From Patescibacteria group bacterium (lineage in GTDB: Bacteria; Patescibacteriota; Microgenomatia; UBA1400; PJMF01), in assembly GCA_052035325.1 (NCBI GenBank), contig JBPOHR010000011.1, positions 8,131 to 72,130 on the forward strand: 64,000 nt of DNA, read 5' to 3'. Positions 19,380 through 28,895 of the stretch are shown here, one piece after another. The first letter of the stretch is position 1; each line of letters begins with the position of its first letter. A program made the translations under genes and the position numbers. A model generated the notes under the pieces. The model had not been told where the DNA came from. It saw only the letters and a program-made list of their open reading frames with translations, and did no database searches.

Positions 19380-21884
19380 CTAGTTGGTTTCCTGCCAGGT
19401 GTAGCTGGGGCGAGTCATTGGCTCAGGGAGTGTATTCACCAGATCAGGACGGAAGATAAATAGGTCAGCAGGAATGGTGTTGTTATCAGGGTCTGGCAAG
19501 ACACGCTGGAGCGATACACCAGTCCATCCTACAAAACTGCCTGCTCCAACAAATCGTTGATCTGCACTACCCCCTATGGTTCCGGTGCTGATGGTGCCAT
19601 CAGCTACGTAGATGCCCTCCAGATTCGGAGTGGCGTCGGTGCTGACAGGGTTGCCCACACTTGGGTCGATAGTAATATTCCCTTTGACGATAAATGCTAG
19701 ATACCCACCATTTGCGACGGTGATCAGTTGCGGTGTCGCTGGGGTTTCATCAGTAATGGTCAAGTTGCCATCCACAAAGATGGTTAGCGATTCACCACTC
19801 GCTACCTGCCAAGCATTTTTAATAATCAAATCACCCTGGTAATAGTACGCTTCACCACCGTTTGTTGGGGCGATGATGGGTTTTTGGGCATTGAGCGGAT
19901 CAAAGCCATCACTTGCAGGCGCATTTCCTAAACCAAACCGCGCTTTGAAGAAGGCAAAATCCTGGCGACCACTCGCTGTCCCCAAAATACGAGTTGCGGT
20001 ATTGAACACACTCGAGCCACGATCGGTCAACCGCGAGGTGTTGTACCCGTCACTTTCTTGAGTTGTATCAAGTGATGAGCCATTAGTAACGGCAATTCCC
20101 GCCGAATCAGTATCACCTGCCGTGTTGGTAGCCAACAAAAAGGGTGAGCAGCCGGGCGCACTGCAGACAGCACTTGGCGGCACGTTTGAGCCGATTCCCA
20201 GACTCGATGAAGCAGCCGCGTAGACATTGCCACCTTGGACTTGCCACCAGGCAGTGTTTAACACATCAGCAAAGAAAAAGTTATTACCACTTGAGGGCGA
20301 AGAGATGCCACTCAGGACACAGTTACCTCCTACATCCGTGCCACAGTTGCAACGATATGGGATGCCTGTCCCGGACAGTCCGGGGGTGAAGGTGATGACG
20401 TTGTTGGGATTGGTACTCCAGTAGGGCGTGTTGGGGAACGTATAGCTTGACGCACTGAGTGATGGTCCAGTGGTGCTGCTGTAGCCGCCTAAGCCGGCAA
20501 TGCTAATCATGCTACCGGTGCCAGGAGTGACGAGCGAAGCTGTTGCAGGATTGCAAGTGTTGCTGGGGTCGTAGTAGAAGTTACCCGAGACATCGCCAAT
20601 GAGTGAGACGACATGGGTGGCTGTCCAGGTGCCGTTGTCTGCGCCGCCGTAGGCGGCGCAAGTGGTGTTGATTGGTCGGACGCGGACTTCCCAAATAGTG
20701 ATACCTGCTGGGATGCCACTCCAGGTGTATGAGGTACCTGATACCGCTTGGCAAAGGGTATTTCCGCCAGTGCACTCGACTTGACCTTGCGGCGTGATGC
20801 GGATTTCGTAGGCATCAGCCAAGGTGGGTGGTGCGGTCCAAGTGAAGGCGACTTGATCGGTTGTAGGAGTCACTGTGAAAACAGTACCACTGGGTAGTGC
20901 GCCATTTGCCCGTAGGTTAGTGACTGCGACTGGTCCACCATCGTCGGTAGTGGGACAGGTGCCGGTACAGCCATCCCATTGTCCACAAGCACCTCCCGAA
21001 CAGTTAGCCGTACAATTCAAAACCGTGACTTGACGAGAGCCTTCACACTTCAAATCGCTATAGTTACCATCTTCATGAACACGAATTTTCAGAATAGAAG
21101 AGCCAGCAGTGTTGGAAGTCAGATTGGATACAAACGTTGGCCCTGTGCCAATTGAGCTGGGGTTGACAACACCCAGGTTGGCACCGTTCCAAGTGAACGT
21201 ACCGTCCCACCAATTGATTGCCCCATTTGCATAGGCTTGAACTTCTACAGTTTGTCCCAGCGGCATTGTGATTGGTCCGGTGCCAGTCGTGCTAGTAGGC
21301 TGCCACTGCACAGTACAAGCCGCTCCCCCACCTCCACACGTGCCAGGGTCCCAAAGACAGCTTCCATTAGGAGCTAAGACACATTGACTGGGAGGTCCAG
21401 GTGGACAGTTGCTACAAGAAGTGCCACAAGCACCCCAAGTTGGTGGCGGGGGTGGGCCTCCACTGCCACAACTATCAGTTACCCAGTCTGCACATGACTT
21501 AGTATTTGGCATGCAGGAGCTACAGCCAGGACAGTAGAATGTCCCAGAGGGGCAGGATGTAGTAGCACAGGTGATAGTGCTATTCTCATCAATCGTCATA
21601 CAGTGACTAACCCCATCTGGGACATCGCAAGAATCAGTGCAGTTTCTGTGAATTAATGGTAGCGGGCCAGTACAAGCTCCACCGGATAATGAACAACTTC
21701 CGCCGACAATAGTGTCAACTGGTGAGCAACACAATTCATGTGTTAATGGGCTAACAAGCTGTGATTGGCAATACTGTGCAGTATAGGGATACAAATATGT
21801 GCCACACACTTGAGCTGTTGCAGGCATGACATGAACCAATGTGAGAAAAATACAGACAACAGCAATGAGTAGTGCTTTTTTCAT
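19380..21884 (-). CDS. Large secreted Cys/Gly/Thr-rich protein, putative pilus-associated adhesin
   Basis: Signal peptide; Cys-rich N-terminus; FN3-like segment (FTWTAP..ADAYEI); C-terminal GDLII/IFVDGNLTI/FIVKGNITI/EGIYVADG repeats ending TWQE; 1 nt from the pilW-like gene. Confidence 0.75.
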   Translation of the reverse strand: MKKALLIAVVCIFLTLVHVMPATAQVCGTYLYPYTAQYCQSQLVSPLTHELCCSPVDTIVGGSCSLSGGACTGPLPLIHRNCTDSCDVPDGVSHCMTIDENSTITCATTSCPSGTFYCPGCSSCMPNTKSCADWVTDSCGSGGPPPPPTWGACGTSCSNCPPGPPSQCVLAPNGSCLWDPGTCGGGGAACTVQWQPTSTTGTGPITMPLGQTVEVQAYANGAINWWDGTFTWNGANLGVVNPSSIGTGPTFVSNLTSNTAGSSILKIRVHEDGNYSDLKCEGSRQVTVLNCTANCSGGACGQWDGCTGTCPTTDDGGPVAVTNLRANGALPSGTVFTVTPTTDQVAFTWTAPPTLADAYEIRITPQGQVECTGGNTLCQAVSGTSYTWSGIPAGITIWEVRVRPINTTCAAYGGADNGTWTATHVVSLIGDVSGNFYYDPSNTCNPATASLVTPGTGSMISIAGLGGYSSTTGPSLSASSYTFPNTPYWSTNPNNVITFTPGLSGTGIPYRCNCGTDVGGNCVLSGISSPSSGNNFFFADVLNTAWWQVQGGNVYAAASSSLGIGSNVPPSAVCSAPGCSPFLLATNTAGDTDSAGIAVTNGSSLDTTQESDGYNTSRLTDRGSSVFNTATRILGTASGRQDFAFFKARFGLGNAPASDGFDPLNAQKPIIAPTNGGEAYYYQGDLIIKNAWQVASGESLTIFVDGNLTITDETPATPQLITVANGGYLAFIVKGNITIDPSVGNPVSTDATPNLEGIYVADGTISTGTIGGSADQRFVGAGSFVGWTGVSLQRVLPDPDNNTIPADLFIFRPDLVNTLPEPMTRPSYTWQETN

Positions 21885-22399
21885 TTTTGGTATAAAAGTT
21901 GAAGTTCGTTTATCGAGCGACTTATTGTAACCACTTCACTGCTGCCGGTAAGATCCTTTAAATCCGATTCGTTTGGAACAAACATAATCACCACCCAGTC
22001 CTTGTTTAGGTTAGTGATATCCAACAAGGGTGTCAGTTGAAAGTTAATAGTTGAAGGAATTTTGAAATCACTGATCTGCGATGTTGCCATGTATGGATTA
22101 TTGAAGTCGATTTGTCGTACTGTGATTGTTTTTTGTTTTCCTTGATACGATGAGTGAAGTCGCCAACTATTTGCCGATGTATCTTTTCTCAGTGTGCCGA
22201 CAATGTATACAAATGGATTACTTTGAAGACGATTTATTCCATAATGTATTTGAGTTTTAGTAGATGATAAAGATAGATCGATTTCAGGTGGTGTGCTTGG
22301 AATACTGAGCGGCGTATATCGTTGTCGCAACAGAAACAACCCTCCGACAAGTAAACATACTAGCGCTACAACAACTAACCAACGACGTAAATGATTCAC
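21881..22399 (-). CDS. Hypothetical membrane-anchored protein
   Basis: N-terminal TM helix; 4-nt overlap with the adhesin start. Confidence 0.7.
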   Translation of the reverse strand: MNHLRRWLVVVALVCLLVGGLFLLRQRYTPLSIPSTPPEIDLSLSSTKTQIHYGINRLQSNPFVYIVGTLRKDTSANSWRLHSSYQGKQKTITVRQIDFNNPYMATSQISDFKIPSTINFQLTPLLDITNLNKDWVVIMFVPNESDLKDLTGSSEVVTISRSINELQLLYQK

Positions 22400-22451
22400 G
22401 ATACCAGTTTGACTGAAAAACTACTTGAAGTCAATTTTCGTCTACTTTGAG

Positions 22452-24458
22452 TTATTCGGTGTCCCCGTACCAGAGATCATTGCGAAAGTCATCTACTATT
22501 TCAGTTGGCACGAGCATTGTACTTGCTGAAACAATAAGAGTTTTTCTACTATTAGGAGCATTAGAATTTCCTACCAGAAAATCCATTGTTGTTTGGTCGT
22601 CTCCTCCAGCTGAGTACAGCGCTGAGGCAAGAGCGGCACAGTTTACACCACAATCGAAATGATCAGCTAATCCCTGGGTTAAACTATCTAAAGAAAATAT
22701 TTCTGGATATTCGTTAGACAAACCAAGTCCAAACAAAGTTCCAGGAGGCATATCTGTTTGAAGTGATTCGAATGGACGTCCTTGCATGTCAGCATGCGAT
22801 CCACCGCCATGAATGACAACAGCACTCCCTTCTTGCATTGGGAGTGAGAGTAATACCCACCCTGTCCCATCGCCGGTTGGTACTAACATGTCCAAAAAGC
22901 GTAGAGTTCCTCGAATATCTCCATTTACATATGGACGTGTGCGTATGCCCATAAACCAGCCGACTACTACTAGTCCATCTTGACCTAATATCCTCTCAGG
23001 ATTTGGAGCAATACCCGGTCGCAATCCTGTGAGCTCATTATTAAATGGTACGACAAAGTCATGACCATCAATTCTGAGCACATACCCATTTTCTGTTGAT
23101 GAGTAGCTGATATTAGAGCGAGCCAAGACTTGCTCAATTTGATCAAATGTAGAAGTCGGGTTTTCAAGGACGTTTAGTAAGCTCATTGAGCTCATCGCCT
23201 CAATATCCACAAGCGTTTCCAATACAACAGGGCTGTCTCCAGGATTCAATCCTGGCAGAACTAGCTCAGTCACATTAAGGCTTACCACTCCAAGATTAAT
23301 CCATCCCACCTGACCATTGACACTAACTCGTATCCAGTGACTTTCTGGATCATTTTCACCACCAGAAATCGTCTTCATCGTGGGGAGTCCCATGTATGTT
23401 GATGGCTCAACATTTTCAGTCCAACCCTCTGGTTCATCCGTCGGTGTTTGTGTAGGGACTGGTGTTTCTTCAGTACCAACCGAGCCTATCTCATTGTCCC
23501 CAAACCTTGGCTCAGAGCGCAGGTTAATAGTAGTATTTGGTGTAATTGTTACAGCTGGCAATAATGCTATCGGGATACCTTTTGCAATTATGGTTTTAAT
23601 ATGTACATTTGACCCATCGGTGTTGAAAGATAAAAGAATAAAATTGCCAACCGGTGGGAACTCAAAGTCTTCCAAGCTGGGGTAGGTGGTACGCAAGGTA
23701 GCTATTGTTTCATCTGTTACTTGTATAAATGTTGCTCGCTCATTCTCATTGGCAAACAAATATGAGACAATTTGTTCTCCATTTTGTCCTGTAACTGTCG
23801 TGATCAGTGAACCGGTACCGACAACAGGGCCGTCAGGTACGGTAAATGATTCCGTGCAATGCAATGCAGCTAGCACTCTGAAACCAGTGCGATCTGCGTT
23901 TGGCGTTACAAACAATCTTAACGAAAAGTTGTCCTCGGAAATATCTTCCCGGCCTTCAATGAACCTCCCCATCACTTGCAGCAAAGACTGGATTTCCCTT
24001 CCCAACTCGGAGTTTTCGTCAATTCCATACTCCCCGAAGGGATTTGTCACGGGAAGTTCAAAAGGTTCCGTACCTGGTTGTGTGGCTGAATAGGACAAAA
24101 CTTCAAAAATACCGCCAGACTCTGCAGTGATGCTGACAGGGGTATAGCCTTGAATTTCGTTAGATTCGATCTGTTTTTCAGGCGAGCGATGCTCCAAAAG
24201 CGAGTCAATCTCAGTGTTAGGAGGTGCAATGTGTGGATCTCCGGCAGGAGGATCTTCGTTATTTATTACGTCTCGCTCAGCATTGGCGGGTATTACCCGT
24301 CCAAGCAGTGCAGATAGCGCAACTGCTAAAACCACCAGACGTCTATTAAGTCCACGTCTCTCACCTGAGCGCGGAACCATATTCGGCAATTTACCACGAT
24401 CACGTACAATTGTTGTGCCTGCTGTTTCTTTTAAATTGTTCATTGTTTCGTCTACCAT
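22452..24458 (-). CDS. Large exported protein with an SH3b-like domain
   Basis: RR plus hydrophobic signal ending ANA; INLRSEP...WIRVSVNGQVGWI. Confidence 0.7.
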   Translation of the reverse strand: MVDETMNNLKETAGTTIVRDRGKLPNMVPRSGERRGLNRRLVVLAVALSALLGRVIPANAERDVINNEDPPAGDPHIAPPNTEIDSLLEHRSPEKQIESNEIQGYTPVSITAESGGIFEVLSYSATQPGTEPFELPVTNPFGEYGIDENSELGREIQSLLQVMGRFIEGREDISEDNFSLRLFVTPNADRTGFRVLAALHCTESFTVPDGPVVGTGSLITTVTGQNGEQIVSYLFANENERATFIQVTDETIATLRTTYPSLEDFEFPPVGNFILLSFNTDGSNVHIKTIIAKGIPIALLPAVTITPNTTINLRSEPRFGDNEIGSVGTEETPVPTQTPTDEPEGWTENVEPSTYMGLPTMKTISGGENDPESHWIRVSVNGQVGWINLGVVSLNVTELVLPGLNPGDSPVVLETLVDIEAMSSMSLLNVLENPTSTFDQIEQVLARSNISYSSTENGYVLRIDGHDFVVPFNNELTGLRPGIAPNPERILGQDGLVVVGWFMGIRTRPYVNGDIRGTLRFLDMLVPTGDGTGWVLLSLPMQEGSAVVIHGGGSHADMQGRPFESLQTDMPPGTLFGLGLSNEYPEIFSLDSLTQGLADHFDCGVNCAALASALYSAGGDDQTTMDFLVGNSNAPNSRKTLIVSASTMLVPTEIVDDFRNDLWYGDTE

Positions 24459-24766
24459 GACTCTTTTCTAGCACACTCTATGTGTAAAAGAAAGGTAGGT
24501 AGTCTGTTGCATTTTTTTACTACATTTTGGTGTTATAGTTATTTATTATAAGCCTAATTAAGTTTATAAAAAAAATACCCTATAGCACCTGGTAGGCGCA
24601 TTATACAAAAGGCCTAGAGAAATATAAATGTGTATTTAATGAGTATGTAAAAATTGACATGTATGTTAATTATACCTATTTCATCTAGTGGTAAAATATA
24701 CAGGCGTTGAGCTGGGATATAACCTGGGACACAACAACATGAGATAATTTATAAATAAGTGAAAAT

Positions 24767-25741
24767 ATGTTAGATGAACAGAAATCTAAAAGAATTTTTA
24801 TTGAATCTCCACTCTTAGATGTAAATCAAGTAGCTGCCTTTTTGTTTTCACTTCGACCAGAAAGGCCCCAAAGAGTGGTTGCATCACGATATGTTGCACG
24901 GGCTAAACTGACAAGTAGAGACAGACAAAACACAAAAAAAGCATATGAAAATGGTTCGGCTACGGAATTTGCTTCACTATATGAATGGGATCCTTCTGTT
25001 GTTAGGTCATCATTGATTGATAGCATAGGTCCTTTTGTCGAGGCTTTTGATGATACTAATAAAGATAAAAAAAAGTCTTGGATTTTGTTGGTTGGTTGTG
25101 GAACGGGCAGGGATTTCATGGAACTTTGGAAAAGAGGATTTAATGCTCTAGCTTTTGATATCTCTATGGCAATGATAGAAAATCTTAAAAGAATTTTGAC
25201 AAATTCATTAGTGCCACCTCATAATGTAGCGTTAATGTTGAACGAAGTTGCTCGTGACCTCAATCAGGTGGTCTTTGTTGCGGATGTAATGGACCCCTCT
25301 TGGAGGCGAAACAGCAGCGTTGCATCAGGTGAAGTTGATTTATTTGATGCTGTATTTGCTGAAACTGTTTTAGGGCATCTAGACAAGGAAGAAGTATTTG
25401 AATTTTTTGAAAGATATTCTAACAATCTGTCACAGGGTGGAATAATACGAGCAGGTTTGAGAATTTCCAAGAGTGGAAAAGTGTTTATTCTTGAAGACAG
25501 TCTTGGATCAAGAAGTTTTACAACGTGGAAATTCGAAGATCTATGGTTGACTACTCTAACGAGAAAAGGTACACAAATTACAGATTATGATCACATGGGC
25601 GAGCTGGGTGAATTACTCAAATATCTAGCAGAAATAGGTTTGAGAATTATAAAAATCTACACGAATAAACATCCATGCTCCACAGAAGAAAACCCCCGAC
25701 CAGATACATTAAATCTGATTTTACAAAAAGTAACTAGATAG
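24767..25741 (+). CDS. Class I SAM-dependent methyltransferase-like protein
   Basis: LLVGCGTGRD, AFDIS..MI, FDAVFA...LGHL, LSQGG. Confidence 0.75.
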   Translation: MLDEQKSKRIFIESPLLDVNQVAAFLFSLRPERPQRVVASRYVARAKLTSRDRQNTKKAYENGSATEFASLYEWDPSVVRSSLIDSIGPFVEAFDDTNKDKKKSWILLVGCGTGRDFMELWKRGFNALAFDISMAMIENLKRILTNSLVPPHNVALMLNEVARDLNQVVFVADVMDPSWRRNSSVASGEVDLFDAVFAETVLGHLDKEEVFEFFERYSNNLSQGGIIRAGLRISKSGKVFILEDSLGSRSFTTWKFEDLWLTTLTRKGTQITDYDHMGELGELLKYLAEIGLRIIKIYTNKHPCSTEENPRPDTLNLILQKVTR

Positions 25742-25780
25742 AATACGTCACGATTATTTTTTCTCTGATATAATATAGCA

Positions 25781-26365
25781 ATGAATATTTATTTTACTGC
25801 AGCTATTTTTCAAATGCCGACACATGGTGGCTATTACGCAAAGATAATTGAGACATTAAAAAAACAAGGCCATAACGTCGTTCACGATCATATTACCGAT
25901 TATACTCCCGATGATTTTGGATCTCTTGTAAGTCAGACAGACGAGAACAAGAAGCAATACTACTCCAAGGTATTGAAATGGATTTCCAAGGCAGACTTAG
26001 TAGTTGCAGAATTGTCATTTCCCTCAACTTTGAATGTAGGACATGAGGTAACGATGGCTCTGAGTAAGGGTAAGCCTGTAGTTGGTCTATACTTTAAAGA
26101 TCAAGAATCTTTTTTCTTTGAAGGGATTCAATCAGACAAATTTGTTTACGAATCATATACAGCTGAGACCTTAGCTGAAACACTTGAGCAAGCACTAGAA
26201 TATGCTCAGGAAATTTCAGATACCCGTTTCAATTTCTTCATCTCCCCTTCTCTCTCGCACTACCTAGACTGGGTGTCACAAACAAAAAAAATCCCCAGGT
26301 CTGTCTACCTTCGTCAACTGATTGAAGAGGACCGTGAGCAGAATAAAGCATACTTTGATGCGTAG
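25781..26365 (+). CDS. Nucleoside 2-deoxyribosyltransferase/DNPH1-like domain fused to a ribbon-helix-helix domain
   Basis: IYF, ADLVVAELSFPS..VGHEV..AL..GKPV; C-terminal RFNFFISPSLSHYLDW...PRSVYLRQLIE. Confidence 0.75.
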   Translation: MNIYFTAAIFQMPTHGGYYAKIIETLKKQGHNVVHDHITDYTPDDFGSLVSQTDENKKQYYSKVLKWISKADLVVAELSFPSTLNVGHEVTMALSKGKPVVGLYFKDQESFFFEGIQSDKFVYESYTAETLAETLEQALEYAQEISDTRFNFFISPSLSHYLDWVSQTKKIPRSVYLRQLIEEDREQNKAYFDA

Positions 26366-26454
26366 CTAGAGCTGGTGAGCTGTCTCCCCGACACAAGAGA
26401 CCATTTTTTCCTCAAGCATTGCAGAATGTCGCCAAACCCATTACGATGGTGTAG

Positions 26455-27267
26455 ATGGCACGATCTATTGTCGCACGCGGCTGCGATCCCCAACCACTTC
26501 GTCACTCCTCAGAATCTGGCCAGATTGGTGTGGTTATTTTGTTGATTATGGTGGTTATTTTGACCATAGGTTTGTCAGTTGCCACTCGGACGACCCAAGA
26601 AACCTTTTTGACGACCCAAACAGCAGAGTCGGCGCGCGTCTTCAACGCCGCTGAAGCCGGCGCAGAAGCCGCGCTTAGCATGGATTTTGCATCACTTACC
26701 GACCAGATCACGAACGGTTCGGTCACGACTATCCCCGACACCACCGTCAATTATCAAGTACAACAACACCAGACACTCGAGACAAAAATCTTTGAAGGCG
26801 TGCCGGTGGCAGTTGATGTCACCAATGTCTCGGGAGGTCAAGGCATTGTGATCCAGTGGAGTAAGCAAGACTGCGCCAACAATCCTGCGGCCTTTTTGGC
26901 GACTATTTACTCTGAGCAAGCTGGTGTGACGAAGACTCGTTATCGGGCAATTGGCAACTGCAATCGAGGTGACAACTTCGAGCAAGCCACTTCGCTAGCT
27001 GCCACCGAACCGTACCGATTTGAGTTTACGTTGACGCTGCAGGTTGATGATCTGTATGTGCGTCTGTTACCTCTCTACAATGACACTGATTTGCGAGTGA
27101 GTGCGACAGGAGGTTGGTCACTTCCCACCCAGTTTTACACAATCCGATCTGAAGCCAGAAATGACTTAGGCAATGAGACGCGCATCATTGAAGTCAATCG
27201 CACATTGCCCACTGCGCCGGCGATTCTTGATTTTGCGCTATTTAGTGGGGGTGCAGTTGTCAAATAA
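26455..27267 (+). CDS. PilX-like minor pilin
   Basis: SG|QIGVVILLIMVVILTIG without E5; VFNAAEAGAEAAL. Confidence 0.8.
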   Translation: MARSIVARGCDPQPLRHSSESGQIGVVILLIMVVILTIGLSVATRTTQETFLTTQTAESARVFNAAEAGAEAALSMDFASLTDQITNGSVTTIPDTTVNYQVQQHQTLETKIFEGVPVAVDVTNVSGGQGIVIQWSKQDCANNPAAFLATIYSEQAGVTKTRYRAIGNCNRGDNFEQATSLAATEPYRFEFTLTLQVDDLYVRLLPLYNDTDLRVSATGGWSLPTQFYTIRSEARNDLGNETRIIEVNRTLPTAPAILDFALFSGGAVVK

Positions 27268-27317
27268 TTTTCTCGTAGTCTTGATGGCGTAATTCTGGTA
27301 AAGTGGATATATAGCCT

Positions 27318-28331
27318 ATGCCCATAGCTCTTGCCCTCGATATCGGTTCCTACACTATCAAAGCCATTAGTGCCAAACCAGGCGCGCGTCCCAACGTGCA
27401 GCGTGTGGTGGAGGTATTTAATCCCCTAGGCATTAGTGTGCCTGGAGACGAGGCTCAGATCGAGAAGTTGGCAGCACAGGTTCAAGCAGTCATCACCGAT
27501 AACAAGTTACCGACGATCGATGTTCGGTTGGCCCTCCCAGAAAGCGTGGTTTCAACCAAGGTTATTTCTTTACCGAGTTTGACTGATGCTGAATTAGCTT
27601 CGGCAATTGGTTGGCAAGCAGAACAACACATTCCCATCCCCCCCGAAGAGCTTTCTCTCGAGTATGAAGTGTTGTTTCGACCACCGCGCAAGGACAAAAA
27701 TACACTCATGCGAGTGTTGTTGGTTGGTGTGCGTAAATCGGTGATTGAGAAATACATGGCTGTGTTTGGTCTACTCGGTATCGAGCCGACAATTCTCGAG
27801 ACCCAGATGATGTCAATTATTCGCTCGGCGCAGTTTGCAGCGACCGATCCAGCTACTTTGATAGTTCACTTGGGAGCCGCTACCATGGATATGGCTTTGG
27901 TCAATCAGGGTCAACTTGATTTTGTCATTTCGCACTTGAGTGGTGGTCAATCTTTGACCAAACTTCTGTCACAGCAGATTGGTTTGGATGCTGCCCAGGC
28001 AGAAAGTTACAAACGGACGTATGGTCTAGAGCCTGAACAGTTCCAAGGTAAGGTGCGTGGGGTGCTTTTGCCTGCAACAACAATATTACTTAGCGAGATG
28101 CAAAAATCGGTTCGTTTTTTCTTATCGCAACATCCCGCTGAACAAGTCAAACGAATAGTACTCTCGGGTGGGACTGCTCAGTTGCCAGGCTTTGTACAGT
28201 ATATTACTCAAGAACTGGGCACGGAAGTGCTCGTGGCAGCTCCCTTTACCCCCGCAACTGGTCAATTACCGTCAGTCAATCACGCAGCTCTGACCGTGTG
28301 TATGGGTCTGTTGATGCGGGAAGGCAACTAG
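27318..28331 (+). CDS. pilM: Type IV pilus assembly protein PilM
   Basis: LDIGSYTIK, WQAEQHIP, AESYKRTYG, LSGGTAQLPG. Confidence 0.92.
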   Translation: MPIALALDIGSYTIKAISAKPGARPNVQRVVEVFNPLGISVPGDEAQIEKLAAQVQAVITDNKLPTIDVRLALPESVVSTKVISLPSLTDAELASAIGWQAEQHIPIPPEELSLEYEVLFRPPRKDKNTLMRVLLVGVRKSVIEKYMAVFGLLGIEPTILETQMMSIIRSAQFAATDPATLIVHLGAATMDMALVNQGQLDFVISHLSGGQSLTKLLSQQIGLDAAQAESYKRTYGLEPEQFQGKVRGVLLPATTILLSEMQKSVRFFLSQHPAEQVKRIVLSGGTAQLPGFVQYITQELGTEVLVAAPFTPATGQLPSVNHAALTVCMGLLMREGN

Positions 28332-28337
28332 CCGACC

Positions 28338-28892
28338 ATGCCAAGTATTAACTTTTTGCGCGAGCGTCGCCGAAAACTGACCAAACAGCAAAAGTTCGAT
28401 TTCCAGGCTTTTCGCGTAACCAGTGTGGTCTGTGTGGTGGCGGTGGTGTTGTTGGTTGCAACTGTATCGGCTCGACTCGCTTTGGCTATGATGGTAAGTC
28501 GCTCGACTCAAGAACAAAATCGGTTGATGACGAGCATCAAACAGCAGGAAACAAACGAACGTACGTATCTAGTTTTTGCGGCAAAATTGAAGGCTCTCAG
28601 TGAGCTCTTGGCTCAGCGTCAGGATAAACAGTTAGCTATTACCTACTTTTCAACAATTTTTGGTGAAGGTGTGTTGGTAAGTGACATATCCTACGATGGT
28701 GATGCAGAGACATTGACCTTTGGATTGAAAGCTGCAGACGTTTTTACCCTCGAAAAAGTACTACAAGTTCTCAAGAGCGAAGATGTAAAGCAACAATTTG
28801 AAGGAGTGAAAACTGACGCTATTTCTCGCTCAACAACTGCTGAATATCAGACTACTGTCACGATTGTTCTAAAAAAGGATTCTGACCAATAA
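28338..28892 (+). CDS. pilN: PilN-like protein
   Basis: INFL motif, TM helix and coiled coil; follows pilM. Confidence 0.8.
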   Translation: MPSINFLRERRRKLTKQQKFDFQAFRVTSVVCVVAVVLLVATVSARLALAMMVSRSTQEQNRLMTSIKQQETNERTYLVFAAKLKALSELLAQRQDKQLAITYFSTIFGEGVLVSDISYDGDAETLTFGLKAADVFTLEKVLQVLKSEDVKQQFEGVKTDAISRSTTAEYQTTVTIVLKKDSDQ

Positions 28893-28895
28893 ACT

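Noticed and set aside
17762-26454. Active shufflon or DGR diversifying the pilus tip
   Set aside because: I saw no repeated recombination sites at the block boundaries, no template/variable repeat pair and no reverse transcriptase in the window.
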